A DNA stretch of 64,000 bases from Deltaproteobacteria bacterium (GTDB lineage: Bacteria; Myxococcota_A; Polyangia; Polyangiales; Ga0077539). The stretch spans positions 82,037 through 146,036 of the forward strand of contig JADJAE010000165.1 of NCBI GenBank assembly GCA_016704445.1, written 5' to 3'. The notes below the pieces were generated by a model. The model was given only the letters and a program-made list of their open reading frames with translations. It was not told the DNA's origin and made no database searches. A program made the position numbers and the translations under genes. Shown piece by piece: positions 39,421 through 50,000 of this stretch; position 1 is the first letter of the stretch; every line of letters begins with the position of its first letter.

Positions 39421-40506
39421 TCAGAACACCACGCGGGTGACCGCGCGGAGCTCGGTGTTCTCGGTTCCCGGCAGCGCCGCCAGCGTGCGCGCGCCCGCGG
39501 TCTGGCGGCTCACGGCGACGTGCACCTCCAGCGGCTCGAACAGCCGCCACCCGACGCTGCCCAGCAGCGTGAGCACGTGGTCGTCGTCGACCCGATCGTC
39601 GCGCTGCCACCACGTCGCGCGCAGCCCCACGAGGAGTCGCGTCACGGGCTCGATGCGCGCGAAGCCCTCGACCAGCAGAGCGCCCCGGGTGCCGTCGTCG
39701 TCGACGCCCCAACCGCGCGTGACGCTCACGCCCGCGCGCACCCGATCGCCCTGCCAGAGCAGCGCGCCGGTGAGCCGGTCGGCGCGCGAGAGGCCCGTGC
39801 CGGATGATCCGAGCACGTACGACGCGAAGAGCGTCAGCGGGCGCATCGCCCCGCGCGGGAGGTGCAGCGCGACGGCGGCCTCGAGGTTCTTGCCTCGGTT
39901 GAGCTCGCGGTTGGTGTAGCCCTCGCCGTTGTACGCGCCGACTGCTACCCAGCCGACGTCCGCGGGGAGGCGCGCGCGCACTGTGACGCCGAGGTCGGCG
40001 GGGGCGCCGAGGCCGGTGACCTCGAGCGGCGTCGGGGCCACTGCGCGCAGCCGCCAGGTGCCCTCGATCTCCGGGATGGTGAGCGTGGGGACCACCCCGG
40101 CGCGCAGCTCGATCCAGCGGGTGATCGCGGCGCCCGCCCACGCCTCGCGCACGCGCAGCACGAGGCTGTCTCCCGCGACGCCGAGCAGGGCGCCCTCGGA
40201 GGCCGAGCGCACGGCTTCGAGCACGAAGCGACCCTGCACCGGTCCGTAGCTGGCGCCGAGGGAGGCGTGCGCGCGCGGCAGCTCGAAGGCGTGAAACCAC
40301 GCGGTGTCCCCGGCAGATCCGTCGACGAGGCGCAGCGCGTACTGACCGAAGACCTCGAGGCCGGGGCGCACCGCGAACGAGGTGGTCCCTGCGGAGGTCG
40401 ACGGACCGGCGGTGGGGATGGCCTCGGGCGTGGCGGGCGTCTGCGCGACGGCCACGGCAGGCGTGAGCGCGAGCGCGAGCGTGAGCGCGGTGCGACGGAT
40501 GGACAC
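39421..40506 (-). CDS. Outer-membrane beta-barrel protein (hypothetical)
   Basis: GTG start with signal MSIRRTALTLALALTPAVAVAQTP. Alternating amphipathic beta-strands and a C-terminal aromatic residue (...RVVF). Confidence 0.6.
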   Translation of the reverse strand: MSIRRTALTLALALTPAVAVAQTPATPEAIPTAGPSTSAGTTSFAVRPGLEVFGQYALRLVDGSAGDTAWFHAFELPRAHASLGASYGPVQGRFVLEAVRSASEGALLGVAGDSLVLRVREAWAGAAITRWIELRAGVVPTLTIPEIEGTWRLRAVAPTPLEVTGLGAPADLGVTVRARLPADVGWVAVGAYNGEGYTNRELNRGKNLEAAVALHLPRGAMRPLTLFASYVLGSSGTGLSRADRLTGALLWQGDRVRAGVSVTRGWGVDDDGTRGALLVEGFARIEPVTRLLVGLRATWWQRDDRVDDDHVLTLLGSVGWRLFEPLEVHVAVSRQTAGARTLAALPGTENTELRAVTRVVF

Positions 40507-42060
40507 TAGAAGCTCCTCACGGCGGGGGGCGTTCCGAAGAGGGCGCGCTGGTCGGGGGTGGGCGCGTCGGTGGCGTCGAGGGGAAGGCCGAGCGACGGGC
40601 CGCGGTCGGTGAGCGCGCGACGAAAGCGCTCCCAGTCGGCGAGCAGCTGCACCGCATAGCGATCGGAGACGTCGGCCTGCTCCTGCGCGAAGCCAGCGGG
40701 GTCGCGCGCGACGACGGACGCGATGGCGGGCGCGACGGATGTGCCATCGGGCAGCGGCGCTGCGTGGAGGCGGGCGACGAGCGCGCCGAGGCGGCGGGCG
40801 AGCGAGGTGAGCGCGTCAGGGGGTGCCGAGCGCCGCGACGAGTCGATCGACGCGGATCGTCTTGTGGCCAGCGCTCTCGGTGCGCACGAGCACCGGCAGG
40901 CCGAGCCATTCGTCTGCGCCCCAGAGGGGATCGGCGTCGGGCACGGCCCACAGCGCGCGCGCCGAAGCCACCAGCCGCGCGGGCACGGTGTCGAACCACA
41001 CGCCCGGCGGCGGCCCCCCCGGGACGACGCTGTCGGCGAGCTCCTTCACCTCGAGGATGACGTCGTCGTCGGGGGCGTCGGAGGGGCCCCGCACGAGCAC
41101 GAGCGCGCGCACCCGGGGCCACGAGGCGACGCCGCTGCCGTACTCGCGGGCGCTGTCGAGTACGGCGAAATACTCCGCGGGCGGTGGTGCGAGCAGGGTC
41201 GCGCGATAGCGGGACAACAACGCCGGGAGCGCGTCGCGCGCGGGCTCCGGGAGCTCGGCCAGCACGTTCTCGGAATCGGTCGGGTCGGGCGCCCCACGGA
41301 GAATCGTGCGGCGCGCGCCGGTGAGCACCGTGAGGTCGGACAGCTCGCGGCGACGGTCGGCGTCGCGCTGCCCGCGACGGAACAGGTCATCGAGCACCAG
41401 GTCGCCGCCGCCGGCGGTGACGCGCGCGCGAGCGGCGCCGCGGGCGTGGGCGGCGATGGCGTCGGCGTACGCGACCGCGGCGGCGCGCACGATGGCGGGG
41501 ACGGCGCCCACGGCGGCGGCGCGGGCCGCGGGCGCGTCGGGGTTGGAGAGGCGCGCGGCGAGGCAGAGGCCGACGGTGAGTCGACGGAGGTCCCAGAGGT
41601 AGGGGACGCGGTCGGCGCCGTCGAGGTCGTTGGGCTCGAGGGCGAGCGAGCCGTCGCGCGCGCGCAAGGTGCCGAAGTTCTCTAGATGGGGGTCGCCCGC
41701 GCTCCGGGGCTGCGGGAGGTCGAGGGTGAAGCGCGAGCGCGAGAGCTCGTTGGCGCCGTCGCGCCAGTCGTGGAGAAAGAGCGGGAGCGAGCCGCGGTAG
41801 AAGTCGTACGCGCCGCGCGCCATGCGGGCGTAGCGGCCCGCGACGAGCGACGGGCGCGAGCGCAGGAGGGACTGGTCGGCGCGCGCGAAGACCGAGCGTA
41901 GCGTGGCGTCGCGCGGGTCCGACGCGGGCTCGGCGCAGCGCGCGAGCGAGAGGCACATGAGCAGGGCAGTGGAGAGCCGGGCACGCACAGGTGGGCCGCG
42001 CAGTAGCCGGAAAGGAAGCGCGGTCGCAAGCGCCGGAAGCAGACGTCGCGGCGATGTCAC
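40506..42060 (-). pseudogene. DUF2252-family protein with a -1/+1 frameshift at a G5 run (40819..40823)
   Basis: The 414-aa ORF (YDFYRGSLPLFLHDW...HLENFG, the DUF2252 signature) stops at 40816. A different frame encodes a further coherent 110 aa (...DALTSLARRLGALVARLHAAPLPDG...RALFGTPPAVRSF*) down to the TAG at 40506-08. The switch point coincides with GGGGG. Confidence 0.6.
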
Positions 42061-42088
42061 CGGACTGTCAGCGAGGCGGCGGCGGAGC

Positions 42089-42523
42089 TCAGTGGACCGT
42101 GAGCACCGGCACCGACGAGAAGCGCACGACGCGCTCAGCGACGCTGCCCAGCAGCGCGCGGCGCAGGCCCGTGCGGCCGTGGGTACCGACCACCACGAGG
42201 TCGGCGCAGAGCGGCGAGATCGCGCCCACGATCTGGTCCCACACCAAGCCGCTGAGCAGCGTGGATTCGGCCTCGACGTGGTTCGCTCGCAGCGTCTCGA
42301 GCAGCGCGTCGAGCTGCTTTCGCGCGGCCTGCTCGACCGGCGTATGCCACTCGAAGCCGGGATCGAACATCAGGCTCGTCGCGACGTGAGGTAGCTCCCA
42401 CACGTGCACGATGTGCAACCGTGCGCCGTAACGCTGCGCCAGGTCGGCGGCGCGCTCGACGGCGCGGCCCGACCCGTCGCTGAAGTCCGTACCCACCAGC
42501 ACCTTCGTGAATGGCTTGACCAT
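42089..42523 (-). CDS. uspA: Universal stress protein (UspA family)
   Basis: 144 aa. KVLVGTDFSDGSGRAVERAADLA...VVVGTHGRTGLRRALLGSVAERVVRFSSVPVLTV is a typical Usp ATP-binding fold. Confidence 0.8.
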   Translation of the reverse strand: MVKPFTKVLVGTDFSDGSGRAVERAADLAQRYGARLHIVHVWELPHVATSLMFDPGFEWHTPVEQAARKQLDALLETLRANHVEAESTLLSGLVWDQIVGAISPLCADLVVVGTHGRTGLRRALLGSVAERVVRFSSVPVLTVH

Positions 42524-42908
42524 GCGACTGACTCCTCCAAGAGCGGAGGTCCACTGCCTCCGTGACCGATGAATTGCACAGGTCGTGCGAGTGGAGAGTG
42601 GCGCGACGAGAACGTCTCCGCGCGGTCACGAGCGCGTCGCACGCGAAGGAGGAGCCAGAGCGCTTGCGGGCCGCAGCCCGAACATCGCGCACGAGTAGCC
42701 GCCCAGGAAGAGCAGGTCGACGACCAGCGCTCGCACCGCCCAGCAGATCGTGCGGCGCGGCCAGAGGGCGGCCTCCGCCGCAGCACCGAGGAGGGGGCCG
42801 CGGATGGAATCCCGTCGCGAAATGGATTAGAGCCCGACGCGCCCGTGAAGGACGAGGCGCGCCCGCTCCGGTGGGGTGTGGCGCAACGACGGAAGAGAGA
42901 GGGAATCC

Positions 42909-43550
42909 ATGGCGGTGTTGAGCGTCACGACGGCCACCTTCCAGCGCGAGGTGCTCCAGAGCGAGCTCCCGGTGCTGATCGACCTGTGGGCGCCGGGGTT
43001 TCCGGCGTGCCGACAGCTCTCGCCGAGGGTCGAGGAGGTCGCCCGCGAGCTCGAGGGCAAGCTCAAGGCCGTCAAGGTCAACGTCGAGGAGAATCCCCAG
43101 GTCGCGAAGATGTTCCGGGCCACCGAGGTCCCGATGCTCATCGTGGTCGCGGGGGGACGGCCGGTGAACGCCGCCAAGGGGCCTATCTCCAAGGCGGAGA
43201 TCCTGGAGCTGGTCGAGCCCCACCTCCCGGGCGCCGAGGACGAGATCCCGGCCAAGGAACTCCCTCCCCTGATCAAGGCAGGAAAGGTATTGATCGTCGA
43301 CGTGCGCGACACGGGGCCCTTCCAGCGCGCCCACATCCCAGGCGCCCGCAACGTCCCCGCCGAGAGCATCACCCTCGCCGCGCAGACCCTCGCCATGGAG
43401 CGCAAGCCCGTGGTGCTCTACGACCGCTCGGGCGGCGAGGACGTGCGCAAGGCCTTCGATGCGCTGCAGCAGATCGGGCTGCCCGCGGCCATCCTGAAGG
43501 GCGGCTTCCTGGCCTGGGAGTCCGAGGGCTACGACATCGAACGTTCGTAG
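42909..43550 (+). CDS. Thioredoxin-fold domain (no CxxC) fused to a rhodanese domain
   Basis: ATG at 42909 (MAVLSVTTATFQREVL). The Trx position reads LIDLWAPGFPACRQL instead of WCGPC. C-terminal rhodanese: LIVDVRDTGPFQRAHIPGARNVP...VVLYDRSGG. Confidence 0.7.
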   Translation: MAVLSVTTATFQREVLQSELPVLIDLWAPGFPACRQLSPRVEEVARELEGKLKAVKVNVEENPQVAKMFRATEVPMLIVVAGGRPVNAAKGPISKAEILELVEPHLPGAEDEIPAKELPPLIKAGKVLIVDVRDTGPFQRAHIPGARNVPAESITLAAQTLAMERKPVVLYDRSGGEDVRKAFDALQQIGLPAAILKGGFLAWESEGYDIERS

Positions 43551-43609
43551 GATTTCGGCCACGTTGTGACCGATTGACAGCGTTCGGGGGGGGCTCAATG
43601 TAGCCCCCG

Positions 43610-45883
43610 ATGGAGCTGATTCCGACGCCGATGCCGGACGGCGACGTCAAGGTCGACATTCTCCTTGTCGACGACAACCCCAACAACCTGCTGGCCCTTG
43701 AGGCGATGCTGTCCGACCTGGGACAGAACCTCGTCCGCGCCCACTCCGGCGTCGACGCGCTGCGCAGGCTGCTGGAGGGTGACTTCGCCCTCGCCCTGCT
43801 CAACATCCAGATGCCCGACCTGGATGGCTTCCAGACGGCGGAGCTCATCCGGTCGAGGGAGCGCTCGCGGCACATGCCGATCATCTTCCTGACGGCGCAC
43901 AACAGGTCCGACGACCAGATATCGAAGGCCTACGAGCTCGGCGCGGTCGACATCCTCTTCAAGCCCATCGTCCCGGCCATCCTGCGCGCCAAGGTGCAGG
44001 CCTTCGTCGAGCTCTCCCGCAAGACCGAGGAGATGAAGCGCCAGGCCCAGCTGCTGCGCGAGGCCACGCAGCGGGAGCACGAGCGCCGGCTGGAGGAGGC
44101 CTCCCAGCGCTGGGAGGCCGAGCGGCTCCGCGAGGAGATGGTCAAGGAGCGCAGGCTCACCGAGACCCTGGCCCGCACCGTGGCCGAGCGAGAGCGCGCC
44201 GAGGCGGCGCTCCAGTCGAGCAACGACCGGCTGCGCTTCCTCTCGGAGATGGCCAACCGGCTGCTGGTGGGAGAGCGCCCGAAGGAGCTGCTCCACTCGC
44301 TCTACCGCGACCTCTCGGGGCACCTCAACCTGGAGGTCTACTTCAACTACCTGCTCCAGCCCGACGGCCACACGCTGCGGCTGGAGGACTTCAGCGGCGT
44401 CGACGACGGGGCGGCGCAGGCGCTTCACCTGGTGCAGCTCGGCGAGGGGCTCCCGGGCACCGTCGCCCAGACCCGCCGCTCGCTCATCGTCGAGCACGTC
44501 CACGGGTCCGACGACCCGACCGTCGCCGGGATACGCCGCCTCGGGCTCACCGCCCACGCCTGCTCCCCCTGGTCGCGCAGGGTCGGCTGCTGGGCACCCT
44601 CGCCTTCGGCACCCGGCAGCGCGCCGCCTTCCTGCCCGACGACATCGCCGTGATGCAGGTGGTCTGCGACCAGGTGGCGGTGTCGCTCGAGCGCGCGCGG
44701 CTCATCGAGGAGCTCTCTCTCCGCAACTACGACCTGGCCGACGCCGACCGGCGCAAGGACGAGTTCCTGGCGATGCTGGCGCACGAGCTCCGCAACCCGA
44801 TGGCCCCGATCGTCAACGCGGTGCACCTGCTGCGTCTGCCGCAGGCCACGGGGCCGGTGGTGCAGCGGGCGCTCGACGCCATCGACCGCCAGGTGGGTCA
44901 CATGGTGCGCCTCGTCGACGACCTGCTCGACCTCTCCCGCATCAACACGGGCAAGGTCGAGCTGCGCAAGGAGCGGGTGTCGCTCTCGACCATCATCGAG
45001 CACGCGGTGCAGACCAGCGCGCCGCTGGTGCAGAAGCAGAAGCACGAGTTCGTGCTCTCGATGCCGCCGGAGGAGATCAGGCTGATCGCCGACCGCACGA
45101 GGCTCACGCAGGTGGTGTCAACCTGCTCAACAACGCGGGCCAAGTACTCGCCTCCCGGCGGGCGCATCGACCTCGTGGTGGTGCGCGAAGGGCGGGAAGG
45201 TGGTGATCACCGTGCGCGACCGGGGCATCGGCATCCGGCCGGAGATGCTCGACTCGGTGTTCGGGCTCTTCGTGCAGTCCGACCGCACCGCCTGGACCGC
45301 TCGCAGGGGCCTCGGCATCGGGCTCACGCTGGTGCGCAGCCTGGTGGAGATGCACGGAGGCACCGTGGTGGCCTACAGCGAGGGCCTCGGCCGCGGCAGC
45401 GAGTTCATCGTGCGGCTGCCCATCATCGACACGCGCACGATCCCGCCGCCCCCGCCCGAGCCTCCGAGGGCCGAGGGTCGCCAGCACGGGATGAAGGTGA
45501 TGGTGGTCGAGGACAACGCGGACGTGCGCGAGACCATGCGGGACTTCCTGCAGCTCTCGGGGCACGACGTGACCGTCGCGGTGGACGGTCCTTCGGCGGT
45601 GGAGGCGCTGATCGAGCAGCGGCCGGACGTGGCGCTGGTGGACATCGGCCTGCCGGGCCTCGACGGCTACCAGATGCTCGCCGCGCTGAGAGAGCGCGCG
45701 GCCGACCTGCCCACGGTGTTCATCGCCCTCACCGGATATGGGCGGCCGCAAGACCGCCAGCGCGCCTTCGAGGCTGGCTTCCACGACCACCTGGTGAAGC
45801 CGGTGGACTCCGACGCGCTCCTACGACTCCTCGACGACGCTCGCACCCGAATCGCGAGGGAACCTCCTGATGCCGACAGCTGA
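43610..45883 (+). pseudogene. Hybrid signalling gene REC - coiled coil - GAF - HisKA - HATPase_c - REC, with four frameshifts
   Basis: REC (ILLVDDNPNNL...LNIQMPDLDGF). The GAF tail breaks at a CCCCC run near 44565, so IRRLGLTAHACSP continues in another frame as LVAQGRLLGTLAFG. HisKA is HELRNPMAP. The N-box is disrupted (QVVSTCSTTRAKYS should read QVVLNLLNNAAKYS). G1/G2 boxes and a final REC (KVMVVEDNADVRE...DIGLPGLDGY) sit in yet another frame. Confidence 0.6.
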
Positions 45884-46460
45884 TTCGCCCCGCCCGAAGG
45901 ACCTGATCGACCAGCGCGAGCTCCTGAAGGTGCTCGTGGCGTTTCGCAAGGGCGACCTCTCCCAGACTGACGTTCGGAGTAGGCGGCGAGGGAGGCAGAA
46001 ACCGCAAGGGCGCAAGGGCCGCAAAGGGGGAGGCGTTCCGTTGGGAGGGGAGTCGGCGTAGGTCTCGGAGACTGAAGGCCCGCGCCATCGCCCCTCCTCC
46101 TGAACGCCATCCCCTTTGCGACCCTTGCGCCCTTGCGGTTTCTGCCTCCCTCGCCGCCAACGCCTACTCCGAATCCCAGTCTCCCAGACGATGGCCATCG
46201 AGCTCGACGGCCGTCCGCTGCAGGGAGAGTTTCGCCGCACGGCCAGGCTGGTGAACACCATGGTCGACCAGCTCGGCTCAAGCGGGTGCTGGTGGTCGAC
46301 GACGATGTGCGGAACATCTTCGCCATCACCAGCGTGCTGGAGCGCCAGGGGATGGTGGTGTCCTTCGCGGAGAACGGCCGCAAGGGCATCGAGGCCCTCA
46401 AGGCCTCGCCCAACGTCGACGTGGTGCTGATGGACGTGATGATGCCCGAGATGGTCTGAG
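45870..46460 (+). pseudogene. HAMP - truncated REC gene, interrupted by a palindromic insertion and a frameshift
   Basis: MPTADSPRPKDLIDQRELLKVLVAFRKGDLSQT | insertion | [28 protein letters not shown] forms a perfect HAMP once the insertion is removed. The REC half [14 protein letters not shown]...[11 protein letters not shown] sits in a shifted frame and ends prematurely. Confidence 0.5.
45967..46180 (+). mobile_element. MITE-like 214-bp palindromic element inserted in the HAMP coding sequence, with an 8-bp target-site duplication CTCCCAGA (45959..45966 and 46181..46188)
   Basis: Near-perfect inverted arms of about 80 bp (…TTCGGAGTAGGCGGCGAGGGAGGCAGAAACCGCAAGGGCGCAAGGGCCGCAAAGGGGGAGGCGTTC… against its reverse complement) around a 60-bp centre that is itself palindromic. 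Excising it and one TSD copy restores an in-frame HAMP. Confidence 0.7.
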
Positions 46461-46461
46461 G

Positions 46462-46818
46462 GTCGACTTCCGCCACTACGCCCACGCCTCGCTCCGCCGC
46501 CGCCGCATCTGTAACAGCGCCCGCGCGGAGAAGCTCAGCACCGTCACCCAGCTCCTCGACCGGGTGCTCCACGACACCGGGTCGATGGAGCGCCTGCTGC
46601 TGCAGCTCTCGGTCAACGTGACGTCGATGTTCCGCGACCCGCGGCTTCTACCGGGCGTTTCGGGAGAAGGTCGTCCCGATGCTGCGCTCGCACCCCTTCA
46701 TCCGCATCTGGCACGCCGGCTGTTCGACCGGCGAGGAGGTCCTTCCGAGCGGTGACCCCGTGCAGGGCCGCGGGCTCGGCGTCGACGGGCGCGAACGCGG
46801 GGGAAGACGTACCAGCGG
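46462..46818 (+). pseudogene. cheR: CheR-like methyltransferase fragment (N-domain plus the start of the SAM-binding domain), frameshifted and truncated
   Basis: FRHYAHASLRRRRI...LLLQLSVNVTSMFRDP, then (other frame) RFYRAFREKVVPMLRSHPFIRIWHAGCSTGEE, which is the CheR GCSTGEE motif. No downstream methyltransferase core. Fused directly after the half REC domain. Confidence 0.45.
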
Positions 46819-46857
46819 GATCACAATTGTTGTGATCGGGGATCACAATTGTTGTGA
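46819..46857 (+). promoter_or_regulatory. Two tandem copies of an AT-rich palindrome GATCACAATTGTTGTGA(TC), 22 bp centre-to-centre
   Basis: Each copy holds the 6-3-6 inverted repeat TCACAA-TTG-TTGTGA. About 40% GC in a 70% GC context. Located exactly where cheR homology ends. Confidence 0.4.
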
Positions 46858-47055
46858 AGGCCGATGCCGCGCGAGAGACCCGCCGAGCACTGCACATGCT
46901 CGTCGCCGACGGGGTGTGCGGGTGTCGCGACGATGGGGGCACGCCGGAGTTCGTGGCGACCGCGGCGACGGCGGACCAGGTGCTCCCGCTCGGGGCGATC
47001 GGTGACTATCTCAGCCGACTGGCCGCGAGCAGGGGATGAGGGGCGGATTGGGGGA

Positions 47056-50000
47056 TCAGGGCAGGCCGAAGATGGCGCGGTTGGCGGAGTTGCGGCTGGT
47101 GAGGGTGCCGTCTCCGAGCTGGCCGTAGTCGCCGCGGCCCCAGCAGGTGACGGTGCCGTCGGTGCGCACCGCGCAGCCGAAGTCATCGCCCTGCTCGACG
47201 TGCTGCGCCGAGGTCAGCAGCAGCACCGAGGTGGGGAAGGGTCGCTGGGTGCGGGTGTTGTCCCCGACCTGGCCGTAGCCGTTGTAGCCCCAGCAGAGCA
47301 GCGCCCCGGAGGCGCGGCGGGCGCAGGTGCTGTTGGCGCCCGCCTCGACCTGCACCGCGTCCATGAGCACCGGCACCGGGGTGGGCGTGTTGCGCGTGGT
47401 CAGGGTGGAGTCGCCGAGCTGGCCGTAGACGTTGTGGCCCCAGCACACGACCGAGCCGTTGGAGCGACGGGCGCAGGTGTGGTTGGCGCCCGCGGTGAGC
47501 TCCACGACCTCGGTGAGACCCGACACGGCGACCGGCGCCGTGCGGTTGGTGCGCGTGCCGTCGCCGAGCTGCCCCTGGGCGTTGTAGCCCCAGCAGAGCA
47601 CGGTGCCGTCACGACGGCGGGCGCAGGTGTGGTTGGCGCCCGCGGCGACCTCGACGGCGTCGCCTACGGTCAGGATCTGCACCGGCACGGTGCGCGCCGC
47701 GACGCTGCCGTCGCCGAGCTGACCCTGGGCGTTGTAGCCCCAGCAGACCACCTGGCCGGTCGCCCGCACCGCGCAGGCGTGAGCGCCGCCGACGCCGAGG
47801 TCGACCCCGTCGGCGACGCCGAAGACCGACACCGGCAGGCGCGCCGAGGCGGTGGCGCCGTTGCCGAGCTGCCCGCTGGAGCCGAGGCCCCAGCAGACGA
47901 CCGTGCGGTCGCCGCGCAGGGCGCAGTTGAAGTTGGTTCCGGCGCCGAGCTGCTCGACGTCGGTGAGGCCGACCACCGCCACCGGAGACGAGCGGGTGGC
48001 GACGCCGTTGTCACCGAGCTGGCCCTGGGCGTTGTAGCCCCAGCACACGGCAGTGCGCGCCGCGGTGGTCGCGCACGCGTGGACGTTGCCGAGGGAGACT
48101 CGGAGCGTCGGGCACGTGGTGGCGGTGCAGCCCGCGCTCGCGGGCACGCCGAAGACCGAGCCGCTGGGGAGCGGGCGGTTGGTGACCGATCCGTCGCCCA
48201 CCTGGCCGGAGCCGTTGCCGCCCCAGCAGGAGACGTTGCGGTCGGCGCGGCGGACGCACGCGAAGAGCTGGCCGAGCGCGATGCGGCTCGCGTCGGCGAC
48301 GCCGGCCACCGGGCCCTGCACCACGCGCTGCGTGGTGGTGTTGTCACCGAGCTGACCGCTGGAGTTCAGGCCCCAGCAGACGACCGATCCGCCGGCCCGG
48401 CGGGCGCAGGTGAAGTTCTCGCCGGTGGACACCTCGGCGGCGTCGAGCACGCCGAGCACCAGCGACGGGGCCGAGCGGGTGGTGGTGCTGCCGTCGCCGA
48501 GGGCGCCGTTGGAGTTGAGGCCCCAGCAGAGCACCGCGCCGGTGCGGCGGAGCGCGCAGGTGTGAGAGGCCCCGGCGCTGACCTGCACCACGTCGCTGGT
48601 GGTGGGGACGACCACCGGCGAGGAGCGGCTGGCCGTGGTGCCGTCGCCGATCTGCCCGCTGGCGTTGTAGCCCCAGCAGCGGACCGTTCCGTCGCGGCGC
48701 ACCGCGCAGGTGTGGGAGCGGCCCGCGCTGAGCTCGACGACGTCCGTGAGGCCGGCCACGGCGGTGGGCAGGTTGCGGGTGACCAGGGTGGTGTCCCCGA
48801 GCTGGCCGTAGTTGTTGCGGCCCCAGCAGGAGACCGTCCCGCTGCGACGCAGCGCGCAGGAGTGGGAGCCGCCGACGGCGATCTGGACGGCGTCGGAGAT
48901 GCCGAAGACCGCGATGGGCGTGGCGCGCGTGGCCGTGGCGCCGTCGCCGATCTGGCCGTAGGTGCCGGCGCCCCAGCAGCTCACGGCGCCGCTCTCGAGC
49001 AGGGCGCAGGTGTTGATGTCGCCCGCGGCGAGCTGGGTCACGCCGCGGAGGCCTGGCACGGTGGTGGGGGCGGCGCGGCTGGTGGTGGTCCCGTCGCCGA
49101 GCTGGCTGCTGGAGTTGAGGCCCCAGCAGACGACCGAGCCGTCGGCCTGGACGGCGCACGCGTGGGCCGCGCCGACGCCGAGGGGCAGGCCCGTGTTGCT
49201 CACGCAGCGGCCGGTGGCGCAGGTCTGCCCGGGGGCGCATGCGAGCCCGCAGCCGCCGCAGTGCATCGTCGACGAGGAGATGTCGACCTCGCAGCCGTTG
49301 GACACGGTGCGGTCGCAGTCCGCGAAGCTGCCGGTGCAGAGGCCGATGGCGCAGGCGTTCTCACGGCAGACCGCCGAGGCGTTGGCGATGCCGCAGGCGT
49401 CGGTCGCCTCGGGGGACTCGTCGGTCATGGTGTCGCAGTCGTTGTCCATCCCGTCGCAGCGCTCTGCCGAGGGGACCACCTCGCCGGTGCACGCCCCGAA
49501 GCGGCGGTCGATGCCGCAGACCTGGGTGCCGGCGCGGCAGACGCCGCGGCCCGCGGTGCCGGCGGCGCCGGAGTAGCAGCTCTGGGTGGCGCCGGGGGAG
49601 CACTCGCCGCAGCCGTCGTCGGCCATGCCGCTGCAGTCGTCGTCGATGGCGTTGCCGCAGTTCTCGGCGCCCGCAGGGAGCACCTCGCCCAGGCAGGTGG
49701 TGCCCCAGGTTCCGGTCGGGCTGCACACCTGGGTGCCGGCCACGCAGCGGCCGACGCCTCGGGTGGCCATCGAACCGGAGTAGCAGGGGCGGGTGCTGCC
49801 CGGATCGCACTCCCGGCAGCCGTCGGTGACCATGCCGTTGCAGTTCTCGTCGATGGCATTGCCGCAGGTCTCGGCGGCGGGGAGCACCTGGCCCGGGCAG
49901 GTCGTGGGCCAGCGGCCGGAGGTGCATGTCTGCATCCCGGCCACGCAGCGTCCCTGCCCGAGGGTGCCCGTCGGTCCGGTGTAGCAGGGCCTCGTCTCGG

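Noticed and set aside
40517-41122. 201-aa - strand ORF upstream of the outer-membrane barrel gene
   Set aside because: The Arg/Pro-rich translation is the wrong frame. The correct frame here encodes the frameshifted C-terminus of the DUF2252 gene.
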